Shown piece by piece: positions 1 to 9,138 of a DNA stretch of 64,000 bases. Source of the stretch: Candidatus Bathyarchaeia archaeon. GTDB lineage: Archaea > Thermoproteota > Bathyarchaeia > Bathyarchaeales > Bathycorpusculaceae. The stretch is from the NCBI GenBank assembly GCA_038843545.1, contig JAWBRY010000001.1, forward strand, positions 19 through 64,018. Reading direction: 5' to 3'. The notes beneath the pieces were generated by a model. That model did not search any database, was not told the DNA's origin, and saw nothing but the letters and a program-made list of their open reading frames with translations. Positions within the stretch are counted from its first letter, which is position 1; the number at the start of each line of letters is the position of its first letter. Made by a program: the position numbers and the translations under genes.

Positions 1-768
1 GCCGCCGCCTCTTGCAGAACCATCCAGCTTTGTTAGAAGTATGGAGCCTATGGATGTTGCCTCGTTGAAGGCTTTGGCTTGCACAAGGGCTTGCTGTCCA
101 ATTGTTCCATCAATAACCAGCATAACTTCGTCTGGTTTGATTTTCTCTTCCAACATTTTCATCTCCTTGATGAGTTCTTGCTCCTCTTTGTGGCGTCCAG
201 CAGTGTCCACGATAACGATGTCTTTGTCGCTGAACTTTTTCAAGCCTTCAAGGGCTATTTTGACAGGGTCTTTACCCTTTGGGTCGCCGTAGACTGGCAC
301 ATTTATTCTGCTGGCTAATTGCTGGAGCTGGTCAAAGGCGCCTGGACGATAGGTGTCAGCACAAATCAAGGCCGGTTTAAGTCCTCTCTTCTGGAAGTAT
401 CTGGCAAGCTTAGCCGCAGCGGTGGTTTTGCCCGAGCCCTGAATACCCACAAGCATTAAAACCTTCCTTTTGCCCGGCTCCACCCTCAATGGAACCGGTT
501 TTTCACCTAGAAAACGCGTTAACTCCTCATACACAACTTTTATCACGTGCTCGCGGCGTGAAACCCCCGGCGGAACCTTTTCTTTTAGGGCTCTCTCTTC
601 TATGCGCTTGGAAATGTCAAGGACCAGTTGGACGTTCACGTCTGCCTGCAACAGAGCACGCTGCACATCGCGGACCAGCTCTTTAACAGCGGCCTCGTCC
701 ACAACGGCGGCTCTGAAAAGCTTTCGTAAAGCCTCGTGCAGCGAAGCGCCAAGCCTCTCTAAAGCCAT
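1..768 (-). CDS. srp54: Signal recognition particle protein SRP54 (N and G domains; 3' end lies beyond the window start)
   Basis: Absent from the ORF track because it runs off the window. Reverse-strand translation from the ATG at 766-768 reads [18 protein letters not shown]...[33 protein letters not shown]...[11 protein letters not shown]...[12 protein letters not shown]. These are SRP54-type GTPase motifs. Confidence 0.9.
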   Translation of the reverse strand, partial: MALERLGASLHEALRKLFRAAVVDEAAVKELVRDVQRALLQADVNVQLVLDISKRIEERALKEKVPPGVSRREHVIKVVYEELTRFLGEKPVPLRVEPGKRKVLMLVGIQGSGKTTAAAKLARYFQKRGLKPALICADTYRPGAFDQLQQLASRINVPVYGDPKGKDPVKIALEGLKKFSDKDIVIVDTAGRHKEEQELIKEMKMLEEKIKPDEVMLVIDGTIGQQALVQAKAFNEATSIGSILLTKLDGSARGGG

Positions 769-836
769 TGACATTCTCCAAGTTTAAGACTGCTTGCCCA
801 TTTAAATATGTTTAAACACAAGTTCAAGACAGCGCT

Positions 837-1486
837 TCATTGTTCCTCAAGACCCGGATATTTTGTGTCCAAAAATTCAACTATGGCTCGCGCAGTCTTT
901 TCACCTAAACCTTTAACGGACAAAAGCTCCCTTTTTGACGCTTGGAAGACACGTCTAACGCTTCCAAATCGTCTTAGAAGAGCATCCGCCCTCTCTGGAC
1001 CTATTTTTGGGAGGCTTTGCACCACTAATAGTTGCCTCTGTCTAAGAGTGTAGATTTTAGGCTTGTGCTTCACAACCACCCTTCGTCTTTCTTCCTCCTG
1101 CAGTTTTTTGGCTAAAGCGTGCAGAAACATGGCTGTATGCCTCTCGTCCGGCGTGAAGACCACAGCAATGTTGTGGTCCGCCATGACTTTGGCGAGGGCG
1201 CCCCAAAACGCTTGGGGAGTTTGCACAAACTTTACGGCGTTTAAGTCGCCTTCCAACAATAGGCAAGCAACCTTTCAGCCTGCTCAAAAAGCCTACCATC
1301 AAAAATCGAACGGAAAAAGTCATGAATCTCCTTTCTTTCAACAGCATAGTTTTCAGCTACAACATAATCGGCGGGAGCGAGGGCTTTCTCCACAACCTCA
1401 CAGCCAAACTCCCTCAAGTAGTCTTTCACGTCCATGCTTTCACGGACATCAGCAAAAACTGTTGGCCTAAACTCTTCTTTAGACAA
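837..1486 (-). pseudogene. xpf: Short-form XPF/ERCC4-family structure-specific nuclease with a broken reading frame (ORFs 1241-1486 and 837-1259)
   Basis: The upstream ORF carries the ERCC4 nuclease motif (..ADYVV..ERKEIHDFFRSIFDGRLFEQAERL..). The downstream ORF continues with ..LLEGDLNAV.. and a C-terminal tandem helix-hairpin-helix (LPKIGPERADALLRRFGSV...VKGLGEKTARAI). The two pieces are in different frames. The switch must lie within 1244-1274. A strong SD (GGAGGGGGAGG) precedes the TTG start at 1486. Confidence 0.6.
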
Positions 1487-1575
1487 GGAGCCTCCCCCTC
1501 CTTGCTAAATTGTGTTCAAGCATCACTTAAAACCTAATGTAGCAACCTCTTTAAGAGCGAAAAAGCATTAAAAAA

Positions 1576-3714
1576 TTGAGTGAAAACTTCGAAATGGAGA
1601 AGCGTTACGTCTGCCGCCGATGCGGCCAAACCTATTCTGTAGAGGATTATTTGAAGAGTCGTTTCTGTTCAAACTGTGGCACCATGCTGACACGGAGGGT
1701 AAGCCGCGAAACCGTTGTAGAAAAAGGCGATGGCGATTTCGGAGATTTAGTTAAGGAGTTCTTTCCATACGCTGACTTCCGTCCCTTCCAGCTTAACGCC
1801 ATAAAGTTCGCATACGAGATTATGCTTGATGGAAGGATAGGCTTGCTTTGTTCGCCGTGTGGCACTGGAAAATCCATTTCGGTTTTAACAGCCTATTTTG
1901 TGGCAAAGGAGATGAACCCTTCCCTTGGAAGACTTGTAGCCTTAACCAGAACGAAAAATCAGCTAGAAATTTATTCCAGAGAGCTGAAGAACATTAAGGA
2001 ACACTGCGGCGTCAACTTCACAGCCTCAATTTTCAAAAGCAAGAAGGAGATGTGCCCCCATGCCTATGAAGACCCTAAGCTTAGGGGCATAAGGTACAGA
2101 GACTTCCTATACTATTGCAGAGGCTTGAAGGAGGGCGCCTTCGGCAGAACATGCGAATACTTTGAAAAAACTTACGACGGATGGAAACCCAGCTGGCAAG
2201 CCCGCAGCGTCATTGACAAGATAAAAAGGATAGGCCCTGTCCTCCCAGAAGAGGTTTATGATGTTTGCCGTGACGAGGAACTATGCCCATACGAGGTTAC
2301 AAGATGTTTAACCCGATACGCAGACATCGTTGTAGGTAACTACAACTACATGCTTGTTGAAGCAATCCGAGGCTCTGTTTTGGGGAGGGCTGGCATCCGC
2401 ATTAAAGAAGCCAACTGCATCTTCGACGAAGCCCACAGCCTTCCCTACTACGCGGCGGGCATATTCTCCGATGAGCTTTCGTCAAGGTCTGTACGGATAG
2501 CCGGAAAAGAGGCAAAAACCTTCGATGTTGACGATTATGATTTCTTGGAGGCACTGCACGCAGTCATGGTTGATTTGGGAAAGAAGGTTTACAGAAACTA
2601 TGGACTGGACGTGGAGCACATCATTGAAGGGGAAGCCCTCCTCGAAGCCTTAACAAAAAGGCTAAACATAAACCATGATAGGCTTCTAGAAATTATTCAA
2701 GAACTTGCTGATAAAGGTGAGGTTGTCCGCCAGAAAAAGAGTGAAATGGGGAAAAGCCCAGTTTCCTATATTTCCCGGTGCATGGAGTTTCTCGTCGACT
2801 GGATAAACCTAACGGGTTCAAGCTACGCTAAATACGTTAAAGTGGAAATTGATAGAGATGGAAAGAAACGCGTACGGCTTGGAATTAGATGCCTTGATCC
2901 ATCCTTGGCTGCGGGTATCATTAACCAGCTGCGTTCCGCCATACTAATGTCTGGAACCTTGTGGAACATGGACTACTACATGGACGTTTTAGGCTTGGAC
3001 AGAAGCCGCTGCCGAAGCCTAGAGCTGCCAAGCCCCTTCCCACACGAGAACAGGCTTATTCTTGTTGACGAAGCGGTTACAACCAAATTTGAAAAGCGAA
3101 ATGAAATCCAATGGAGGCGCATCGCGGCGCACCTAAACCAGATAATTCAGAAGGTTGGAGGTAGAATAGCCGTCTATTTCCCCTCATACGAGGTTATGCA
3201 AGACATTGTAAAACTTTTGAAGCCTGACGTCCCAACACTTGTGGAAGAAAAGAGTACGAAAATCATGGACGTGTTGGAGTTTCTACAGAAAAACGGGGAG
3301 AGCGTTGTCTTCGGCGTTGCCCGTGGAAAAATAAGCGAAGGAGTAGACATGACAACCGAGGGGAGAAGCATGCTGTCAGCCGTCGTCATTGTTGGGTTAC
3401 CATACCCCAAAAAGACAGAGCTCCAAAAAGTCCTCTACGAATACTTCAAAGAGAAATTTGGGAAAAAAGCCATGGAATATGCCAACACAATACCATGCCT
3501 AAATGCTCTAGCCCAGTCCGCCGGACGACTTCAACGTAGTCCAGAAGATAGGGGCATAATAGTTATTATGGATAAGCGTGCAGCTGGAAGGTTCAAGCGA
3601 AAGCTTCCGGAGGACTGGCAAAATGAAATGAAAGCCCACTTTCAAATAGAGAAAATCCTCTCAAGGATAGAGGAGTTCATGGCGAAGGCGCCGCAAAACA
3701 CTAATTGTAGCTAG
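1576..3714 (+). CDS. xpd: XPD/Rad3-family FeS DNA helicase with an N-terminal zinc ribbon
   Basis: 712-aa ORF. Walker A CSPCGTGKS and a DEAH-type box FDEAHS are present. A Cys cluster between them (CPH..YYC..CEY..CPYE) is typical of the XPD FeS domain. C-terminal helicase motifs are GKISEGVD and QSAGRLQR. The N-terminus has CRRC...CSNC. The first ATG is at 1594 and a TTG at 1576. Confidence 0.85.
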   Translation: MSENFEMEKRYVCRRCGQTYSVEDYLKSRFCSNCGTMLTRRVSRETVVEKGDGDFGDLVKEFFPYADFRPFQLNAIKFAYEIMLDGRIGLLCSPCGTGKSISVLTAYFVAKEMNPSLGRLVALTRTKNQLEIYSRELKNIKEHCGVNFTASIFKSKKEMCPHAYEDPKLRGIRYRDFLYYCRGLKEGAFGRTCEYFEKTYDGWKPSWQARSVIDKIKRIGPVLPEEVYDVCRDEELCPYEVTRCLTRYADIVVGNYNYMLVEAIRGSVLGRAGIRIKEANCIFDEAHSLPYYAAGIFSDELSSRSVRIAGKEAKTFDVDDYDFLEALHAVMVDLGKKVYRNYGLDVEHIIEGEALLEALTKRLNINHDRLLEIIQELADKGEVVRQKKSEMGKSPVSYISRCMEFLVDWINLTGSSYAKYVKVEIDRDGKKRVRLGIRCLDPSLAAGIINQLRSAILMSGTLWNMDYYMDVLGLDRSRCRSLELPSPFPHENRLILVDEAVTTKFEKRNEIQWRRIAAHLNQIIQKVGGRIAVYFPSYEVMQDIVKLLKPDVPTLVEEKSTKIMDVLEFLQKNGESVVFGVARGKISEGVDMTTEGRSMLSAVVIVGLPYPKKTELQKVLYEYFKEKFGKKAMEYANTIPCLNALAQSAGRLQRSPEDRGIIVIMDKRAAGRFKRKLPEDWQNEMKAHFQIEKILSRIEEFMAKAPQNTNCS

Positions 3715-3767
3715 TTCTCCGTAAGTTTTTTACAGTTACCTGACAGAACATTTAGAGAGGACCAAAA

Positions 3768-4517
3768 TTGAACAGTGAAGATATAAAGATTATTGAGAAG
3801 AAGGAAATCTCAGAAGGCGCTGTTATGATTTTCGGTTTTCCAGACGTCGGCTTGGTCGGCGTGATTGCCGCATCCCATTTGATCATAGAGCTTGGCCTGG
3901 ATGAAGTTGCTTATGTAGATTCACACCTTCTCCCACCGTTGATCGTTTTGCATGAAGGCTTACCCCACTCGCCCATAAGAATCTTTGGAAACCACCAGAT
4001 TCTCTTAGCCGTTTCAGAAACGGCCTTGCAAGGGGAGTTAATATACCCAATTATGCATGCTCTAATCGATTGGGGGCGAAGGAAAGGGGTTAAGATGATG
4101 ATTTCTATAAGTGGCATACCAGTCCAAAACAGGCAGGATCTTGACGAACTGAAAGTTTTCGCTGCAGCTTCAAGTCCGGAGATGCTGAAAATTGTTCAAG
4201 ATAAAGGCATAGAAATATTACGGGAAGGCTACATGGTTGGACCGCAAGCAGTAATGCTCCAATACTGTTCAACCCTAGGATTGCCGGCTTTAACGCTCCT
4301 AGCACAATGCTTCTTCCAGTATCCAGACCCTGAAGCTGCGGCAAGAGCCCTGGAACATTTAAGCCATTTTATCGGCATAAAGGTTGATGTCTCAAAACTT
4401 TTAGAGAAAGGTGAGGAGATTCGCTTAAAGGCAAGGGATATAATGAAGAGAACTCAGCAAGAGTTGGCGAGGATGCGGAAGACGCAAGAATATGACATTC
4501 CACTCTACATTTCATAG
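3768..4517 (+). CDS. PAC2-family proteasome assembly chaperone-like protein
   Basis: 249 aa. The N-terminal ..MIFGFPDVGLVGVIAASHLI.. and the overall length and layout match the archaeal PAC2 (PbaA/B-like) family. Recognised from memory only. Confidence 0.65.
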   Translation: MNSEDIKIIEKKEISEGAVMIFGFPDVGLVGVIAASHLIIELGLDEVAYVDSHLLPPLIVLHEGLPHSPIRIFGNHQILLAVSETALQGELIYPIMHALIDWGRRKGVKMMISISGIPVQNRQDLDELKVFAAASSPEMLKIVQDKGIEILREGYMVGPQAVMLQYCSTLGLPALTLLAQCFFQYPDPEAAARALEHLSHFIGIKVDVSKLLEKGEEIRLKARDIMKRTQQELARMRKTQEYDIPLYIS

Positions 4518-4531
4518 GAGGGGCGCGTTAC

Positions 4532-4987
4532 ATGACGGAAGAAAGATCAAGGAGAAGGCGTTCAATCTTCGACATAATTGACGAGTATTTTGAAAGCCTC
4601 GAAGCTTGGGCTGAGAGGGTTAGAGAATCCCTCCTCTTTGAAAGGCCAAGTTGGGACTGTAGAACGTGCACTATGGAGCCTCTCCGCGACATATTGATAA
4701 CCAGCGACGAGGTTATAGTGACCGTCGATCTACCATATGCTGAGGAAAACACAATAGAGGTAAAGCCCATCGGCAAAGACGTGATTGAAGTCTCGGCTAA
4801 GATGAGGCGCAAAGTCAGCCTTGACGACTTTGGCATAACCCATTACCAAGGCGAATTTCAACGGTTCCACTGTCAAACAAGGATCCCCGTGCCCGTCTAC
4901 ATGGACCGCATGGAGATAAAATTCAAAAGGGGGATTTTGGAGATCCGCTTGCCGAGAAAACCCGAATATGAAATTCCAATAGAATGA
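4532..4987 (+). CDS. Hsp20/alpha-crystallin-like small heat-shock protein
   Basis: 151 aa. The core reads ..DEVIVTVDLPYAEENTIEVKPIGKDVIEVSAK...FQRFHCQTRIPVPV..MEIKFKRGILEIRLPRK, an ACD-like beta-sandwich pattern. Confidence 0.55.
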   Translation: MTEERSRRRRSIFDIIDEYFESLEAWAERVRESLLFERPSWDCRTCTMEPLRDILITSDEVIVTVDLPYAEENTIEVKPIGKDVIEVSAKMRRKVSLDDFGITHYQGEFQRFHCQTRIPVPVYMDRMEIKFKRGILEIRLPRKPEYEIPIE

Positions 4988-5137
4988 AGCCTCAGCTCTC
5001 CTTAAAGGTCATCACTGTTCAGACGGCTCTTCTCGCGTCATCGGCTTCAAGATAATAATGTACAACGGCCAAAAATATGTTTTTATGAAAAATCTTAAAC
5101 CCTAAACCACCCAATTTAGGCTAAAGGCTGGTGAACC

Positions 5138-5341
5138 TTGACTGTGGAGAGAGCAATTCAATGCGCAACATTCCTTCTAATTCTGGTGGGCCTATGCGGA
5201 CTAAGCGCTTGGGCCGCCCATACATATCTGAGCGACGCCCACGTAATCTTAGAAGCAGCGGCAATAGCCCTAAGTTGGGGCGTCATCCTCCTAATTCTAT
5301 ACGTAAGCTTCAAAAAACTCAACTGGGAATGGTGGGGATAA
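5138..5341 (+). CDS. Small two-helix membrane protein (hypothetical)
   Basis: 67 aa with two hydrophobic segments (FLLILVGLCGLSAWAA and AAAIALSWGVILLILYV). It fills an otherwise empty gap. No homology recognised. Confidence 0.3.
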   Translation: MTVERAIQCATFLLILVGLCGLSAWAAHTYLSDAHVILEAAAIALSWGVILLILYVSFKKLNWEWWG

Positions 5342-5362
5342 ACGGTTCTACAACCGCCTAAA

Positions 5363-5755
5363 CTATTTAATCCGAACGATCTTCACCCTGCCAAGTATCC
5401 GCCAATACTCGACTTCAACACCCGGTGCAAGCTTCGCCTTCAACTCCTCCCCTTCCGGGAGGGGGGCGTCCAAGTACTCGTAAGTTTCCAGGTCCATTAT
5501 CTGTACACTTGAAGGTGTTACAGCGAAAACTTGACCACTTCTTTTCTCGATTATGGGCACTTCCGCCGTGGCGTCCACCGGCTTAACTATGCTCCTTTTC
5601 ACGCCGTCGAAAACGCCTATGGCAACTATTCTAGCCTTGGCTGAACCATGCTTCCCAGGCTTTGACTTCGTTATTTCAACTATGCGGCATGGCTCCCCAT
5701 CCACAATAACGTATCCGCCCTCACGAAGACTACCAACATCAACGGGTTTGCTCAC
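5363..5755 (-). CDS. eif5a: Translation initiation factor 5A (aIF5A)
   Basis: 130 aa. The hypusination loop [16 protein letters not shown] is followed by a C-terminal OB-fold-like region. Confidence 0.9.
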   Translation of the reverse strand: MSKPVDVGSLREGGYVIVDGEPCRIVEITKSKPGKHGSAKARIVAIGVFDGVKRSIVKPVDATAEVPIIEKRSGQVFAVTPSSVQIMDLETYEYLDAPLPEGEELKAKLAPGVEVEYWRILGRVKIVRIK

Positions 5756-5850
5756 ATCATCACCAGCTTAACATTTTACCACAGCAATTTTAAACAACAC
5801 CCATATATAAGTTAAGGTAGCAGATTACGATTGCCTTAAAAGGGAAGAAA

Positions 5851-6699
5851 ATGTTTAAAAGCGCCGGCATCGTGGCACGCTTCGACAAGAAGAAGGCTTT
5901 AAAACTTGTAGAAGAGATGGCGGAATATTTAGCCAAAAAGGGGTTGGAAGTTTACATTGAAGAAACGTTAAGGGGGAAGTTAAAGGAAAGCTGGAAGTTC
6001 CTCCCCTTAGAGAAAATGAAAACCGACTTCATAATAACGGTGGGTGGAGATGGAACAATCCTGAGGACATGCGTGGCTGTTCCGAAGCCGGAACCTCCAA
6101 TACTTGCGGTAAACATGGGAGTCCGAGGTTTCTTGACGGAAATCCAGCCCGAAGAAACATTTGTGGCCATCGACAAATGCTTAAGGGGCGAATTCGTGAT
6201 AGAGAAATGTTCAAAACTCTCCATAACTGTTGGAGAAAGGAGACTTCCAGACGCGTTAAACGAAGTTCTAATAACAGTCGACGAGCCCGCAAAACTGCTG
6301 TATGCAAAAATTTTCAAAAACAGTGAACGTATTCTTGACTGCCAAGCAGATGGTTTAATGATAGCCACGCCCACAGGCTCCACAGGATATTCACTTTCCG
6401 CTGGGGGCCCTGTTCTCGATCCATCCGTTGAAGCTTTTGTTTTAACACCTGTATGTTCTTTAAGCGTTTTGCGTTCCATAGTTTTCCCAGCAGACTCTAA
6501 GATCAATGTAAAGGTGCTTAGACCAGAGAGAGTTTTAGCGGTTGTCGATGGCGCTTACAAAGAGTTTGTGAACTCCCCAAAGGAATGCATAATGGTTACG
6601 CGTTCAGAAAACGAGACAGCCTTCATAAGGTTTCGTGAAAACTTTTACAGCCGCTTGAGAAGCAGACTTATTTTCCGTGGAGTTGGGGGAAAAATCTGA
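5851..6699 (+). CDS. ppnK: NAD(+) kinase
   Basis: 282 aa. Motifs: GGDGTILR, NEVLI and DGLMIATPTGSTGYSLSAGGP. Confidence 0.9.
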   Translation: MFKSAGIVARFDKKKALKLVEEMAEYLAKKGLEVYIEETLRGKLKESWKFLPLEKMKTDFIITVGGDGTILRTCVAVPKPEPPILAVNMGVRGFLTEIQPEETFVAIDKCLRGEFVIEKCSKLSITVGERRLPDALNEVLITVDEPAKLLYAKIFKNSERILDCQADGLMIATPTGSTGYSLSAGGPVLDPSVEAFVLTPVCSLSVLRSIVFPADSKINVKVLRPERVLAVVDGAYKEFVNSPKECIMVTRSENETAFIRFRENFYSRLRSRLIFRGVGGKI

Positions 6700-6728
6700 C
6701 AAAATCCTGCAAAAAGAAAGTTATCATC

Positions 6729-7226
6729 TTGGATACTTCAGCTTTCGTTGCCGGATTTGACCCATTTTTAATAAGCGAGGAACAATACACTGTGCCCATG
6801 GTTGAAGAGGAATTTGCCGGAGCTTCCATGGCACGTATGCGGTTTAAAACGGCCATTGAAAGCGGAAAACTGAAAATAAGGCTGCCGGACACCGTCTTTG
6901 TTGAAAAAGTTAAAACTTCAGCGAGCGCCGTCGGAGATTTCTTTTTCCTCTCCGAGACAGACCTGCAAGTTCTGGCTTTAGCCCTTCAACTAAAGGTTCA
7001 GGGACACATGCCGATAATAGCAACCGACGATTATTCAATACAAAACGTAGCCAAACATTTAGGCATAGAATTTGCTCCACTAGCAACCTTTGGGATACGT
7101 CGCCAATTCAAGTGGGTTAGGTATTGCCCCGCATGCCGACGAAAATACCCAGCAGACTACAAGTTAAAAATATGCCAAGTCTGCGGCACAGAATTAAAAA
7201 GAAAACCATACAAAAATATTAGGTAA
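6729..7226 (+). CDS. nob1: Nob1-like endonuclease (PIN domain plus C-terminal zinc ribbon)
   Basis: 165 aa. N-terminal PIN signature (I)LDTSAFVAG and a later ..TDDYSIQNVA... The C-terminus has CPACRRKY...CQVCGTELKRK. No ATG is available in frame, so a TTG start at 6729 is assumed. Confidence 0.7.
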   Translation: MDTSAFVAGFDPFLISEEQYTVPMVEEEFAGASMARMRFKTAIESGKLKIRLPDTVFVEKVKTSASAVGDFFFLSETDLQVLALALQLKVQGHMPIIATDDYSIQNVAKHLGIEFAPLATFGIRRQFKWVRYCPACRRKYPADYKLKICQVCGTELKRKPYKNIR

Positions 7227-7245
7227 GGCTCTGGGAGGAGTCTAG

Positions 7246-7821
7246 ATGAGCTTTGTTGAAAGAAGAGTAACGTATTTTCATGCTCCTGGAAAACAGAACA
7301 CTGACATCTTGTTGGAGATCGTCAAGAACTATGCTGAGAAGGAAGGCATAAAGGACATTGTGGTTGCCTCAACCACCGGCGAAACAGGCGCAAAGGCGAC
7401 AAAAACCTTCAAAGGATATAATGTTGTTGTGGTTACCCACTGTTTCGGCTTCCAAAAACTTGGAGAAAGCGAGTTAAAAGAGGAGTTGAAGGAGAAAATC
7501 CTGCGGAATGGAGCTAAAATTTTCACGGGAACCCATGCCCTAAGCAGCGTTGAACGAGCAATCCGTAAAAACTTTGGAACTTTAGGGCCTTTGGAATTAA
7601 TTGCCAACACCTTAAGACTTATGGGTGAAGGAACAAAGGTGTGCATCGAAATCACATTAATGGCTGCAGATGCCGGCTTAATACCCGTAGACAGAGATGT
7701 TATAGCCATTGCTGGAACAGGAAGAGGCGCCGACACTGCACTGCGCATAAAACCAGCAACCACATTTAGGTTCTTCGACCTAAAGGTGAGGGAGGTTATA
7801 GCGAAGCCTTTTGATTTCTAG
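7246..7821 (+). CDS. Pyruvate-kinase C-terminal (alpha/beta) domain-like protein, function unknown
   Basis: 191 aa. The pattern ..YFHAPGKQNTD..IVVASTTGETGAKA...VVVVTH...IAIAGTGRGADTA.. resembles the stand-alone archaeal PK_C-like family. From memory only. Confidence 0.5.
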   Translation: MSFVERRVTYFHAPGKQNTDILLEIVKNYAEKEGIKDIVVASTTGETGAKATKTFKGYNVVVVTHCFGFQKLGESELKEELKEKILRNGAKIFTGTHALSSVERAIRKNFGTLGPLELIANTLRLMGEGTKVCIEITLMAADAGLIPVDRDVIAIAGTGRGADTALRIKPATTFRFFDLKVREVIAKPFDF

Positions 7822-7836
7822 AGAAGCGGAAAAGCG

Positions 7837-9132
7837 GTGCCATTAAAAGCCAAGCTTAAAGAAGAGTTTTCCTTTTTCAAAGGAAACTATTTAATCCTAG
7901 TGGTAAGCTGGGTTTTGATGGACTTCGCCCATGAAATTCCGGGAACATATTATTCAGACTATGTCATCCAGCTTGGAGGAAGCCCATCGATTCTTGGGGT
8001 TATATCTTTCGCCTCCCTGTTAACCTTCGCCTCTGTCCAGTTTTTGGGAGGATATTTGGCGGACAAATATGGGAGACGCTGGCTTATATCCACCATGACT
8101 TTCGGCGTCGCCCTCTCCTTTATCTTTTATGCCGCCGCTCCAAGCTGGCATTTTATCCTCGTCGGCGCCGTCTTACAGAGCATTTGCCTTCTATACCAGC
8201 CGGCCTTGAACGCCATAATGGCGGATTCGCTGCCGCCTGAAAAACGGGGAATTGGATTTTCCATCCTCAACCTAATAATGAGCGTTTCAACAACACCGGC
8301 GCCTGTTATTGCCCTATTTTTAGTTGCCACCTTCGGCTCGGAACTTGGAATGCGCATAGCCTACGCGATTGTTGTAACGTTTTACTTTGCGGCTGCCATT
8401 GTGAGGCTGAAACTTAAAGAAACAATGGAGAATATTGAGAGGGCAAGCTTGAAAGAGGCTTTACGCTCCTACCCTAAAGCATTTAGGAATGGAATAGCTG
8501 TTTGGAAGCTCGTACCCCGCTCAACGCTTTTTCTATTCCTATCGGACATGATAACACGCTCATCCTTCTCCATGGTTCAAACACTTTTCCTAGTTTACGC
8601 CTTTTACGTACTACAGATAGGAGGCCCACCAACTCCGGGAATCCCACCGCAACGAGATCCCGCTCTTCAGGTTGCCCGCATAAGATGGGGATACGTGTCA
8701 ACCGTGCTTTTTATCTGTATGTTGGTTTTTGCCATTCCAATCGGAAAATTGATAGATAAAACTGGAAGGAAAATCCCCCTGATAATTTCACATCTTTTAA
8801 CAATTCCATCCATGCTTCTATTTTTGTATGGGAATTACCCGACACTTTTTATAGCGATGCCCCTTGCCGGTTTCTCAATGCTTTTAGGGTTCTCCTCTAA
8901 CCAGTCGCTTTTTGCCGACCTAGTCCCCCAGAGGCACCGCGGGAGGGTAACAGGGTCCATGAACTTTTTCACGTACATCGCCATGGCTATAGGTGGTGGT
9001 TTTGGAGGGCTGCTTTACGAGAAAGTTTCACCGCAACTGCCATTTCTATTGGCTGCCGCTTTAGCCGTTCCATCAGCTGCTCTAATAGTGTTTCTGGTGC
9101 ATGAACCGAGACCAGAAAAGAGAGAAACGTAA
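7837..9132 (+). CDS. MFS transporter
   Basis: 431 aa with about 12 hydrophobic helices. It has the MFS loop motif GGYLADKYGRRW and a second-half equivalent, DKTGRK. Confidence 0.8.
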   Translation: MPLKAKLKEEFSFFKGNYLILVVSWVLMDFAHEIPGTYYSDYVIQLGGSPSILGVISFASLLTFASVQFLGGYLADKYGRRWLISTMTFGVALSFIFYAAAPSWHFILVGAVLQSICLLYQPALNAIMADSLPPEKRGIGFSILNLIMSVSTTPAPVIALFLVATFGSELGMRIAYAIVVTFYFAAAIVRLKLKETMENIERASLKEALRSYPKAFRNGIAVWKLVPRSTLFLFLSDMITRSSFSMVQTLFLVYAFYVLQIGGPPTPGIPPQRDPALQVARIRWGYVSTVLFICMLVFAIPIGKLIDKTGRKIPLIISHLLTIPSMLLFLYGNYPTLFIAMPLAGFSMLLGFSSNQSLFADLVPQRHRGRVTGSMNFFTYIAMAIGGGFGGLLYEKVSPQLPFLLAAALAVPSAALIVFLVHEPRPEKRET

Positions 9133-9138
9133 GATGTT

